The position numbers were made by a program, and so were the translations under genes. Below, one piece after another: positions 43,983-54,899 of a DNA stretch of 64,000 nucleotides; position 1 is the stretch's first letter, and the number at the start of each line of letters is the position of its first letter. The stretch spans positions 61,092 to 125,091 of the forward strand of contig CAVXYC010000025.1 in assembly GCA_963765765.1 (NCBI GenBank), written 5' to 3'. The stretch comes from an uncultured Chloroflexia bacterium (GTDB lineage: Bacteria; Chloroflexota; UBA6077; JACCZL01). The notes beneath the pieces were generated by a model. It was not told the origin of the DNA, made no database searches, and worked only from the letters and a program-made list of their open reading frames with translations.

Positions 43983-44759
43983 TCAGTACTCCCGCAACAA
44001 TCGCCCGTATCCTTGAATCGAGTCCTGGATGCCGCAGCGCCGGAGCGCGTCCCAGACGATTGCTTGCGCGGAGCTGACTACGTGTATTCCGAGCTCTTGC
44101 TCCAGGGTCTCGATGGCGCCGGCCGCGGGCCAATGCGCTGCTGGAAAGAAGAGCGTGTCTGCCTCGGGATGCTCACGTATCAGCGCGCGCCCGAGCTCGG
44201 CAGGCTCGTCAACGGACACCCCACCGAATTCGTGGTAGACCCTGCCGGCCAATTTCACGCCAACTGACTCGAACCCGTAGAACTCCAATCGCTCGGAGCG
44301 ATTGCTCTTGCCGGGCAGGACCGTAGCGATCTTGCGCGCACCAATGGTGCGGAGCGCATGAATCTGCGCGGTGAGCGCCGTGGTGATCGGCACGCCGCAT
44401 CGATCCTGCGTATCAGCAATAAGCTTCTCCACTTTGTCCAGCTCGAGAACGGCTTCCAGCGGCGTGGCGCCGCCAAGCACAACCAGGCTTACCCCCGCCT
44501 TCGCCATGGATTCCGCGGCGAGCAGGCTCATGTCAAAGGACTGCTGGTATTCCTCGTTCGTGCCATTCAGAAACGAAAGCGTCGTCAGGCACAGCGTTAC
44601 GCCTGGTGGAGCCATCCGATAGAACTCGAACGGGAACGTCTCGATGAAGATGGGCGGCGCCGTGTAGCCGATTCGGGCGCGATGCCCGTACATGCGATCG
44701 CTGTTAGATTCCTTCGGCGCCGCGGAATGCGATGACATCTCGCTCATCTCAGTGCTCAC
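43983..44759 (-). CDS. Maleate isomerase/arylmalonate decarboxylase (Asp/Glu racemase) family protein
   Basis: MYGHRARIGY, EFYRMAPPGV, ALRTIGARKIA, HPEADTLF, IETLEQELGIHVVSSAQA..W, GYGRLL. Confidence 0.85.
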   Translation of the reverse strand: MSTEMSEMSSHSAAPKESNSDRMYGHRARIGYTAPPIFIETFPFEFYRMAPPGVTLCLTTLSFLNGTNEEYQQSFDMSLLAAESMAKAGVSLVVLGGATPLEAVLELDKVEKLIADTQDRCGVPITTALTAQIHALRTIGARKIATVLPGKSNRSERLEFYGFESVGVKLAGRVYHEFGGVSVDEPAELGRALIREHPEADTLFFPAAHWPAAGAIETLEQELGIHVVSSAQAIVWDALRRCGIQDSIQGYGRLLREY

Positions 44760-45466
44760 TCAGCAGCTTGCCGAATCCCTGGAACGCTGTCCTTCACTCC
44801 TGAAAGCCGCAGCCCCTCCCACATGATTGCCTGCCCCGCGCCAACGACGCTCTTACCCGTTTCGAGCTCCAGCTCATCGATGTTGACCACAAACGGGAGG
44901 TGCGGCGCCGGGGCGTAGATGGTGTCCGCGTCCGGGAATGCTCGCGCCACTTCGCGGGCGACCGACATCGTGTCCGACGGCGGCACCGTGCTCATCTTGA
45001 CCAGGGAGAAATTGCCCGACCTGGCGCCAACGACCTCGAAACCGAACGACTCCATGTACTCGTTCAGCCCCTTGACCGGGTTCGGCCCCACCTGCAGCAC
45101 CGCCACCCGACGCGCTCCAAGCGCCTGGAGCGCATGCATCTGCGTGGTGACACTGGTGGTTGCCGGCACGCCGCAGCGCTGCTGAGTAGACTCGATCCAG
45201 TCGTCGATAAATTTCGGACCGAATGCGAGGTTGATCGGCACCACACCCTGGATGATGACCGAAGCGCCGGCTCGGGCCATGTCCTGAACGATCTGGTCGC
45301 CCAACGCAACGCAGGCCTCGATCTCCTCCATCGTTCCTTGCTCGTACTTGAGCGTGCTGATCATCAGCGTTACTCCGGGAGGAGCCATCCGATAGAACTC
45401 GTACGCGTAGGACTCGGCGAAGATCGGCCCTGAAAGGTAGCCGAATCTGGCCCGTGATCCGTACAT
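44756..45466 (-). CDS. Maleate isomerase/arylmalonate decarboxylase family protein (paralog)
   Basis: MYGSRARFGY, EFYRMAPPGV, ALQALGARRVA, FPDADTIY, IDELELETGKSVV. Confidence 0.85.
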   Translation of the reverse strand: MYGSRARFGYLSGPIFAESYAYEFYRMAPPGVTLMISTLKYEQGTMEEIEACVALGDQIVQDMARAGASVIIQGVVPINLAFGPKFIDDWIESTQQRCGVPATTSVTTQMHALQALGARRVAVLQVGPNPVKGLNEYMESFGFEVVGARSGNFSLVKMSTVPPSDTMSVAREVARAFPDADTIYAPAPHLPFVVNIDELELETGKSVVGAGQAIMWEGLRLSGVKDSVPGIRQAAE

Positions 45467-45498
45467 GCTGATGCCTTCCTCGTAAGTCTGCTGATCGG

Positions 45499-46744
45499 TT
45501 ATTCCAACGCCGCCTTAGCCAGCTCATTGGTCTTCGCAATAATTGGCAACATTTCCTCGTTCTCCATCTCCACGTACGTCTTCCCGGGTGGTGGAAGGAA
45601 TTGAGGGTCGCCCGGCGGAACGCCAATTCGCCGACTGTTCTGCTGCGTGCGCTCGCTCCAGGCCGTCTGTCCATCGTGCGAGAGCAGCCAGTTCACAAAC
45701 AGCTTGGCGGCGTTCGGATGCGGGGCACGATTGAACGCGAACGCCACGTTGCCCGAAGCGGCCACGTGGTCGGCCTCATCAATCGGCAGATGCTTCAGGT
45801 TTCCACCGAGACCCTGAGCCTTGAAGTCCTGGAGGATCTGTTCGTTCACGGCCTGGACACCTACTGAGTAGCGGCCGCGGAGCAGCCACTCGGTGGTCTG
45901 GCGGTTTTCTTGACTCACCACCACCTCCTGGTCCTTGTACAGGCGGCTGACCACGTCGTCGCCATATTTGAGTCGCATCAAGGTGACCATGTTGCCGAAG
46001 CCACCGATGCGCGGGTCCGCCGCGACGATTTTCCCCTTCCATTTCGGATCCAGGAGATCCATGGTGGACTTGATCTCGTCCTCTTTCACCAGGTCGGTAT
46101 TGATCCAGATCGAGCGGTTCAGCGTGACGCCGTAGGCATACGCCCATTTCTTATCGCCATCGCGCCAGCCTGCGTCGAAGCCCTCCTGCCAGTATTGATC
46201 CTCAAGCACGTCACCGCGGAACATCAGCGGTCGGACGGGGTCCAGAATCCCCTCCTGCCTGAAGACGGACAGCGGAGTGGTGACTGTGGACAGGAGCACG
46301 TCCCACTGATAGAGGCCGGACTTTCGCTCCTGAATGACGCGCGGGCCGAAATTGAGCGCGATCATCCCCTGATGCTGGATCTTGATCTTGGGGAAGGTCT
46401 CCTCGAACGCCATGATGGCGTTGCGGTAAACGTCGCCGATGCGCGTAACGATGGAGATCGACCCCTCCGCCTCGGCCGCCGCGACGAGCTGGTCCCATTC
46501 CGCCTGCCAGGCTGGCGCCGCTGCCTTTGCAGCCGGGGCTACCGCGGCCGCGACAGGAGCCGCGGTGGGAGGTGGGGCCGCTCGGGGCCTTTGCGACGGC
46601 GGTTGCCGCTGGAGCCGTGGTGGGCGATGCGGGCGTGCTCGGTGCTGAGCAGGCTGCCATCACGGCTACACCGCCGGAAAGCCCAATGAATCGCAATAAC
46701 TGTCGCCGAGTGATCACCGAATGAAGGGTCGAATCCTGTGTCAA
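45499..46744 (-). CDS. ABC transporter substrate-binding lipoprotein with Tat signal; frameshifted in the N-terminal linker
   Basis: ITRRQLL..GGVAVMAAC (Tat + lipobox), Pro/Ala linker, WDQLVAAAEAEG, DLLDPKWKGKI, APHPNAAKLFVNWLLSHDGQ. Confidence 0.85.
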
Positions 46745-46857
46745 CTTGGAATGCCCCCTTGTCTCGCCTGGCGTCCACCCTGGATGACCACGTGAGCTGG
46801 CCATCGGACGCGACTGTCAGATCATCTGCGCTCTAGCTCCGTCTTGGGATAGACACC

Positions 46858-46885
46858 AGTCTACGGACGCGCCGGGTTTTGTCAA
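46858..46885 (-). promoter_or_regulatory. sigma70-like promoter of the SBP operon
   Basis: Minus strand TTGACA-N16-TAGACT. Confidence 0.6.
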
Positions 46886-46892
46886 CTGCCGG

Positions 46893-47037
46893 GCGAGAGG
46901 TCAGAGGCTAGAGGTCAGGAAAGCCGCCATTGACTGAACCAAGCCCTAGCCTCTCGTCTCTCGCCTCGGTCTTGGTGGATCAAGGATAGACGCCCGTGAC
47001 GTGAACCAAACCTGACCTCTCGCCTCTGACCTCTCGC
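46893..47037. repeat. Inverted repeat built of 7-bp units
   Basis: GCGAGAGGTCAGAGGCTAGAGGTCAGG (46893-46919) versus CCTGACCTCTCGCCTCTGACCTCTCGC (47011-47037), 26/27 complementary. Confidence 0.8.
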
Positions 47038-47100
47038 CTCTCCGTGTGGTAGTCTGCTTCCGTCGCGAGCCCACAGGCTCATCCTCATGAGGAGGACACC

Positions 47101-48231
47101 ATGACCGTTGTCGATGCTGATGCTCACGTCGTGGAAACGGAGCGCACCTGGGATTTCATCCCCGCTTCGGATCAGTCGCTCCGACCCCAGATCGTCACCA
47201 AGCCGAATGACGCTGGTGACGCTACTCCGTACTGGATGATCGACGGCAAGATTCGCGGCGCGGTGCGGCAGCCCGTGGGCAAGCGGGAAGAGTGGGACCC
47301 CAATCGCATCTCGCCGGATATGCTCCGCCAGGCCAGCAATTCGGGGCGCAACATGGCCACGCCGGACGCGTCGAAGCACATGGAGAACGTCGGCGCGCGG
47401 CTGAGCCATATGACCGAGCTGGGCATCGATATTCAGATGCTCTATCCGACGATATTCCTGCGCCGATTGACCGATCGGCCGGAAACGCGCGTGGCGATCA
47501 GCAAGGGCTACAACCGCTGGCTGGCAGACATCTGGAGCCAGTCGGATGGCCGGCTGTGCTGGGCCGCGGTGCTACCGCTCAGCGAGATGGACGAGGCGCT
47601 GACCGAGCTGGAGTGGGCGCATGAGCACGGGGCGTGCGGCGTGTTCATGCGCGGTATCGAGGAGGAAGGGGTTCTCCACGATCCGTATTACTTCCCGCTC
47701 TATGAGCGCATGAGCCAGCTCAACATGGCTGTCACGGTGCACATTGGCAATGGCTCGCCCGAGATGGAATCGGCCTTGAGCCACGGCAAAGGCGGATCGC
47801 CGTTCTCATCCATGCGCGTCTTCTCCGTGGCGGCATGCCATTCCTGGATCCTGGCCGGCATTCCACAGGAGTTTCCCGAGCTGCGCATCGGCTTCGTCGA
47901 GGCCGCGGCGCAGTGGATCCCGTACATGGACAACGATCTCCGCAGACGCTTCCCCGGACGCTTCGGCCGACCCGCTCCGGAGAACCTGCTGAAGGAGAAC
48001 AAGGTCTGGGTGACCTGCCAGACGGATGACGACATCGAGTACATCCTCCGCTTCGCCGGGGAAGACAATCTGACCATCGGTACCGACTACGGGCACACGG
48101 ACCAGTCAGCGGAGATCGAGGCGTTGCGGATCTTCCGCGAGCAGGGCACCGTGGAGCCGCGGCTCGTCGACAAGATTCTCGGCGAGAACCCGAGCGCCTT
48201 GTACGCGATCAGGAGCAAGCAGCCGGTCTAA
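47101..48231 (+). CDS. Amidohydrolase_2 family protein
   Basis: VDADAH, MLYPT, GYNRWLA, VTVHIG, FVEAAAQW, GTDYGH; RBS GAGGAGG. Confidence 0.92.
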   Translation: MTVVDADAHVVETERTWDFIPASDQSLRPQIVTKPNDAGDATPYWMIDGKIRGAVRQPVGKREEWDPNRISPDMLRQASNSGRNMATPDASKHMENVGARLSHMTELGIDIQMLYPTIFLRRLTDRPETRVAISKGYNRWLADIWSQSDGRLCWAAVLPLSEMDEALTELEWAHEHGACGVFMRGIEEEGVLHDPYYFPLYERMSQLNMAVTVHIGNGSPEMESALSHGKGGSPFSSMRVFSVAACHSWILAGIPQEFPELRIGFVEAAAQWIPYMDNDLRRRFPGRFGRPAPENLLKENKVWVTCQTDDDIEYILRFAGEDNLTIGTDYGHTDQSAEIEALRIFREQGTVEPRLVDKILGENPSALYAIRSKQPV

Positions 48232-48245
48232 GCGGAACCTTCACG

Positions 48246-48290
48246 CCCTTCACCCCGGCCTCTCCCAGACGAGATGGCCGGGGTGAGGGG
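48246..48290. repeat. REP-like hairpin downstream of the amidohydrolase
   Basis: CCCTTCACCCCGGCC...GGCCGGGGTGAGGGG. Confidence 0.6.
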
Positions 48291-49195
48291 ACTCGAATCT
48301 CGCCCTCCAATCGCCTCACGGCGGATGTAGCCCTGATCATCGTTACGGCCGTCTGGGGCGCCACGTTCTTCATGATCAAGGACGCGTTGCGCGTCGTGAC
48401 GCCGTTCTGGTTCATGGCATGGCGGTTCTCACTGGCCGCGTTGCTCCTGGGAGCCTGGGAGCGCCACCGAATCAGCGAGCGGGCGGAAGCGCCGTATGGG
48501 CCGGCACTCTCGTGTGCCTGATGTTGTTCCTGGGTTACGCCCTACAGACGCTGGGCTTCAGTTCACCAGCTCCTCGCGCGCCGGCTTCATCACGGGGCTC
48601 ACCGTGGTATTTGTGCAGCTTGGCCAGGCCTGCTTCTTCCGCGCCTGGCCAAGCCCGGATCAAAGGCAGGCGTCGGACTTTCAGTCACCGGGATGGCATT
48701 ACTCTCGTCCGGAGCCGGTGATCCGTCCGCGTTCACTCTGGGCGATCTGCTAGTGCTGGGCTGTGCACTGGCATTCACCGGACACATTCTCGCCATCGCG
48801 AGGTTCGCTCCCCGAATGGACCCGCTGACACTCACGTTCGTGCAGGTGCTCACGGCAGCTGCACTGACATCACACTAGCAATTGGGCTCGAGCCGTTTCC
48901 CCCGGAAAACCGGGTGCAGCGCTGCCGGCCGTCCTCTTCACAGCCATCTTCGCCACGGTCGACGCATATTACGTCCAGACGCGGCGCAGCGATTCACCTC
49001 CGCCACGCATACGGCGCTTATCTTTGCCCTGGAGCCGCTCTTTGCCGCGGTCTTCGCGTACCTCTTTACCGGTGAGCGCCTCACCGACAGGAAGGTCTGG
49101 GATGTGCCCTGATCCTGGCCGGCATGCTCACGGCGCAGGCTGAGCGCGGACGCTATAAAGCCGAGAGCACCGTCAGCCGGAGGAGCGCATGCTAG
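48283..49195 (+). CDS. EamA/DMT family transporter; frameshifted
   Basis: VTAVWGATF, GYALQTLG, TSSSRAGFITGL, GDLLVLGCA, QRFTSATHTALIFALEPLFA. Confidence 0.82.
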
Positions 49196-49289
49196 AATCG
49201 CCTCCCGCATAACGGCGTTAGAGGTTTGGCCTTTGGCAGGCGGGTACTGTGTAGCAACATAACCGCGTTACCTGAGGTTGCTGGAAAGG

Positions 49290-49481
49290 CCGCGCTGTCG
49301 CTGCCAGCGCTCTCTGGAGGCGTCCGAGCGACTCGGCGCACTGCTGGGTAGTCGAGCGCACTTTGGCCTGGCTGGCGCGTTTTCGCCGCCTGGAGTCCGC
49401 GCTCAGCGCCGGGCGGATCTCCGTCTCGGCTTCCATCACCTCATCTGCGCCAAGTTCCTTACCGCTTTGAACGAGTTCTTA
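49290..49481 (+). mobile_element. IS5-family transposase C-terminal remnant
   Basis: WVVERTLAWLARFRRL..RRADLRLGFHHLICA. Confidence 0.7.
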
Positions 49482-49561
49482 ATGCAGTCTAAATCGGAGC
49501 CCATGGCAAGCACGACAAGTACTAGAGGAATTGTCGATCTGCCTTCCATCTAACTCTCACA

Positions 49562-50808
49562 TTGTTCGGCATTGCGCTTGCCTTGGGCCTGGCGGAGGTA
49601 ACGCTACGGTTCCTCCCCGGTTCAGCGACTTGCTGTCCTGACCACGTTCCAGATGCCGCCAGAGGCCCTGTGGAGCGATCCGGCTTGGGAAGAGATGCCG
49701 GCGCAGACGTTTGCGAGGCGAGCAAATTCTTGGGCATGAGCACGCGCCGAATACCGATAGAGTCTTCTCCTTTTTTGGGCCATCCCCTCGGCCGAGTGCA
49801 TTTTCGCACTAATAATCTTGGCTTGCGGCGCGATGCAGATACTCAAGCAGCAAAGGCTCCCGGCGTATTTCGAATTCTCGTTCTCGGTGACTCCCACACG
49901 GATGGCTACGTTGATAACTCCGAGAACTTTACGGCTCTGCTGGAAGCGAACTTAAACAGTCATCTGGCCAATCCCGGTGGCAACTTTGAGGTGCTTAACG
50001 CTGGTGTCATCAGCTACTCACCAGTCCAAGAGCTGCTCTGGTACGAAATCCACGGCACTCGACTCGAACCCAACTTGGTGCTCGCAGTGTTCTACGTAGG
50101 AAATGACGTAGTGGAATTGTTGGACCCCCGAAAACCGTCTATCGATACTGGGGGCGAGGTTATTCCTCCTCGCGGCTTGCAATCGGCATCCGAAGCGGAG
50201 TTATCCGACGGGCTGCGACTCGGAATCCTCGCCCGTTACCTTGTCCAGGCCGGGCCGATAGCAGAACCGTGGCGCCGACTTCAACTACCCGGTCATCTCG
50301 CGGAGGCCAGCGGGTATCCAATTGACACATTCGCTAGGTACTGCATATCTGCCGCGGCTGTTATTGGCAGGGGTTGCTGCAGGCAGCCAACGCCCGTCAT
50401 AACCCGCGGATTCTCGAAGCAAGCATCAGCCGAGCTGGAGCTAGCTTAATTAGGCTTGATGGCGAAGTGCGTTCCAATGGAGGGCGACTGGCCGTCGCCC
50501 TGCTCCCGACCCGCTCGCAGGTAGAGCCCACGCGTGAGCGCGATAAGATGCTAACTGTCGCGTCCTTGCTCGGGCTGAGTGAGACTGACATAGCCTTCAA
50601 CGACAAAGTGGGTCCCGCTGTGCTCGACCAACTTACCGCCGCCGGCATCCCGGTCATTTCTCTTCATGCGGGACTCGCTGCCGCGAGTGAAAGCCTGGCC
50701 TCTTCTTTTTACGACTATGATTGGCACTTAAACGGCAGCGGCCATCGAGTTTTGGCTTCGATGCTGCTGGCCTGGCTCGAACAGGGCGATTTTCTGCCCA
50801 CTCGATAA
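49562..50808 (+). CDS. Membrane-anchored SGNH hydrolase/AlgX-like O-acetylation protein; frameshift near 50340
   Basis: LAEVTLR anchor, TNNLGLR, RILVLGDSHT, VLNAGV, FYVGND, DWHLNGSGH. Confidence 0.82.
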
Positions 50809-52014
50809 GGCGTTATTCTTACTCATGCCGCACGTCGCCGCGGTGAGAGCGGGAAGCTTGTCAGCCAGGACACGGGCAACGATCGCGTTGCCCTGCGGGC
50901 GAAGGTGGTTCCCTATGATTGGATCAAGACCATTTCGCTCACCTTCCTGCCCAACAAGTGCATCGTTCAGGTCGATAGTTGGAACGCCGTACTGCTTAGA
51001 CACATCTGCTCGGGGGTATACGCTTTCGTTTTACGATCCCGAAACGCAGTTATTTCTTCTTTGAGCGGAAACACCAGTACAACCGGCGTCGCTCCGTCCA
51101 TGGACACCTGATTGGCGAAGCCGAGCACTACTCCGGTCAGAACATCAAAGGCTTCAGTCCCCGGCCGGTAGACGCGCTCGGCCCACTCGGGCGTCCAATA
51201 CAACAAGGATTCTGGCCGACTCCAGCGGTACCAGGCAGTCCACATCACCCTCACGAGTTCAAGCGCATCGAGCGGATTGGCTACGAACGTACCGGGGAAG
51301 AACCAAGCATCGTGGGGACCCAGATTCGTTTCGACCCAGAGAAGATGCATTAGGTCCGCAGGTTGCCGGGCGGGACTCGGCAGCAGGACGGGTCGGCCAT
51401 GGTCCATGATATAGCGCGGCTTAGCTAGCGGAATGTCATTTTCTATAGCCGAATAAAAAGGTCGAAAACGGTTGACCACCCGATTGATATTCTCGACCAT
51501 ATGGCCGATCAAGACCGCGCAAGGACGACCGGTGATCCCACCTAACTGATATCGGATCCAAGCTTGATCCGGCGCGTAGGCTGGCGGCCCGAAATTGAGG
51601 ACCTCTGCGTTCGGAATTAAATTCTCCAAGTGGCGGGTCCAGCAGTCCTCCCAGAGGGACTTCATCGCAATACGTAAACGAATCACCGTAGGCCGCGAAA
51701 CGGCGAATTCCAGGCTGAGGAAGGTCTGTGTAATCTGCTGTCCTCCCTGAGCCCTTGGCGGTTATGGCGGTTTCGCCCTTGGTTGTCACCCGGGCGTGGT
51801 CACCCAGCCGAGATCAGGTTCGAACATCAAAGCCGCGTTACCCGATCCTGCGGCTTCGATCTGGTGAATGGAGTAACTGCGTGGCAAGAGCCTGCTGTTT
51901 CCGGCGAATCCGGCAAATCGCAAGGCAAACTCAGCCATCAGCATTGAGAGCACTAGGCCAAGCACTGCTGCGGCGAATCGAGGAGAGACAGAACGTGCTA
52001 TTGCTTCTGTCCAT
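50728..52014 (-). CDS. Membrane-anchored SGNH hydrolase; frameshifted; ends approximate
   Basis: VLGLVLSMLMAEFALR, AAYGDSFTY, EVLNFG, NHLRPQGNAIVA. Confidence 0.75.
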
Positions 52015-53518
52015 GGAGGACCTGCGGCGGGCCCGGATTTAGCGTTTTGACAGGTCGATTTGAGAGCTGACGGCTCGGACGATCATTGAGTACGCTCATA
52101 CACTGTCACTGGTACATCAGCCGTATATTGGCATTCCGACTTTTGGCGAGAATGCCATAACCAAAGCGATCCGCGCCAACGACTATAGGAATCACCCCAA
52201 TGGGTCGTCGACAGGCCCGCTTCGTGGAGTCCTGACCCGCGGGCGCGGGCACATGTCGGCAGGATGGAGATGATCGGAATACTGCCTCGGACGGTGAAGA
52301 TGCACAGTCTTGATGGTTGATTCATCAGAGCCGCCTTGTCACGCCGTTACTTCTCATGCCGCCACCAATGGCCGCCATCTGGCAGACGCCGAATGCCCTC
52401 CGGGTTGCATCGCGTCGGTGCTGGCGGAGCTTGACCCACGTAACTCCACTTTGTCCTCATCGATGCCGCAGGGTTCTGATGCCGATCGTGCACCAGCTGC
52501 GCCCCGGCTGTTAGTGGAACCACTTCCCACGCAAGAAGTACGGGACGAACGTGAGCCTTTGCGCATCAACGGTGCCGCCGCGCACGGTCCCTGCCTCCCA
52601 GATGGACGAGCCAAGCACGCACCTGGCCTGACCGGCTGGTGCAACCCCAAGTCCAGGGTGCGAGCCGACGGGCTCCAGTCCCCCGATAGGGGAGCTGCGG
52701 GCCCGGGTCGCCGCAACTGAAACGCACCGCAAATTCTAGCAACGCGCGCCCGCCAGCCCCTGGCGGATGGCTCGACGACCAACCGCATGACGGGCGAAGC
52801 GCGCTGCACGGCGGGGTCGAGGCTCCGCTGGTTCCGGGCAACCGGGCCTCGGCCTGAAACGCTCGGCGACCTTGCTGATTCGAGGTCCGTCAACGGCGCA
52901 TCGCGGTAAGCTTCAGTCTGCACCCACTCAATCGCTACGCCGGAGCACCCGGCAGGTGGAACAATCCTGAGGGGAAGGTGATTACCATCTCTGCGGCTTT
53001 CCTCCGCCGGGCGATCCGTCGACCCCACGGTGCTCCAGTCAGAGTCCGCGCGACCGAGCCCGCTTTACTGTCCCGCCCCGCGTGACCGCTCGCACGGCCT
53101 CTAAGACGGCCTCCTCGTTCTAGGCCCGGCGAACCGGGCTCTTTGCAGTGGACATCTTTGATACCTCGAATACCCGCCCTGAACTGTACGGGAATGAACC
53201 GGCCCTGGCGGCACCAGTGCATGCGAGCGACTCCCCAGCAGGTCGCGGAACAGGACCCGAACGATTGATCGCCACTGCCTCGGAAGGCCACACTTCCAGC
53301 CGAGCATAATTCCCGAGTCGCAGGGACACATCGCCGGATTATTGTCGGGCCCGGCCTCCAATACCTTCACCAGAGCAACTCGCAGGGCTGCGCCGGACGA
53401 AGGTACAGAACGGGCTCATCTCTGACCCATCGAAGGGATCGAACCAGCGTGATACATGGGTTAACTCAGCACCAACCAGTTCCCAACCCCACCGGGGACC
53501 TCACCGAGCGTGAAGAGG

Positions 53519-54886
53519 ATGGCCGCCTGCACGATCGTCGCGCGGAACTACCTTTCCCAAGCGAGAATACTCGCGCAATCCTACCTCGAACATGAGCCTA
53601 ACAGGCCACTTCTATATTCTAGTCGTCGACAGCCTACCAGAAGGGGTCGATGTCGGACTTGATGTACATATAGTTGACCCAGAAGGACTCGACCTTCCGT
53701 ACTTCTACGAATTATGCTTTCAAATACAATGTTACCGAGTTGTGCACAGCTTTGAAACCAACGTTTCTGTTACAACTCATACGAAAGTACGACGAAAAGA
53801 TTGTAATTTATTTCGATCCAGACATACTTATAATGAACCATTTAAATACCTTGAGAAGTGAACTTCAATGCGGGGACATTGTTTTGACACCGCACATACT
53901 CGATCCAATTCCATTAGATGGAAAATATCTATCTGAAGAAAACTTTATGGGCGACGGAGTATTCAACCTTGGATTCATTGCAGTCAATGCTTCAACGAAT
54001 GCAATTTCTTGTCTACAATGGTGGGAAGAGCGCCTTCAGAGAAGGATCGCGAGGAGAATTTCGACCGGGATTATTTTACGATCAAAAATGGATGAACTAT
54101 GCACCTATTCTGTTTCCATCAACCATAATTTTACGCGATGAGACCTATAACGTTGCCAATTGGAATCTCCACTCAAGAATACTTACCAGGGCAAGGAAAA
54201 ACCTTTCTCGTAAATGGCCAGCCGCTAACGTTCTTTCACTTCAGTGGTTTCAATCCGAAGAAGCGTCTGGTTCTTGGCGTGGTACCAAACGCGAATTCAG
54301 GTAGTAAAGGGAACGCCGGATTGCGCTGCTGGAACATGTGACCTGCTGCAAGCGGACGGCTACGATTCGTCCGGCCAGTTAGAATAAGGGTATAGGAAAG
54401 TTGCGGCGTGGTGGGCTGGTGGATGGGCTAGCCCGGCTGTATCTCGGCCTCGGCGAGGGGACGCGATCGAGGTTTGCGAATCCTTTCAAAGCCGGGAGGC
54501 CAAATTCGTTTCTGAGCTGGGCAGTCACACCACAGCCGGAGGAGGGAAATCTCAGCCCGCTCTTGCTGCTGGCTCATCGATGTCGCGATGATGTGGCTGC
54601 TGCCTTCCCAGATGTGCGAGGGGCAAGCAGAGCGAGGTACGTCGAATGGCTCCAGACAGATGGTGTACGTGAGATGGGATACGACCCTGAACTTCTACGC
54701 TTAGCTAACACGACAGCGCACCTCGTAGGCGAGAATCTCGCTTCTTCCGCAGTCGCGAACGAGCCCCATTCGGAAGCTCTCGATCGCCCTTCCGATGGGT
54801 CACAGGGCGAGTGCAAAGAAAACGGCGTATCCTCTTTGCTGAGGATGATTGTCGTGGGACAATTGCGGAGCTCCAAGCAAAAATAA
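53519..54886 (+). CDS. Glycosyltransferase (GT-A fold, GT8-like); frameshifted
   Basis: MAACTIVARNYLSQARILA, YNVTELCTALKP, IYFDPDI, LTPHI, GVFNLGF, FYDQKW, YNVANWNLH, FFHFSGF, RDDVAAAFPD. Confidence 0.8.
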
Positions 54887-54899
54887 GCGCAATGCAGGC

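Noticed and set aside
52080-53450. Several overlapping ORFs
   Set aside because: Arg/Pro-rich translations without motifs; left unannotated.
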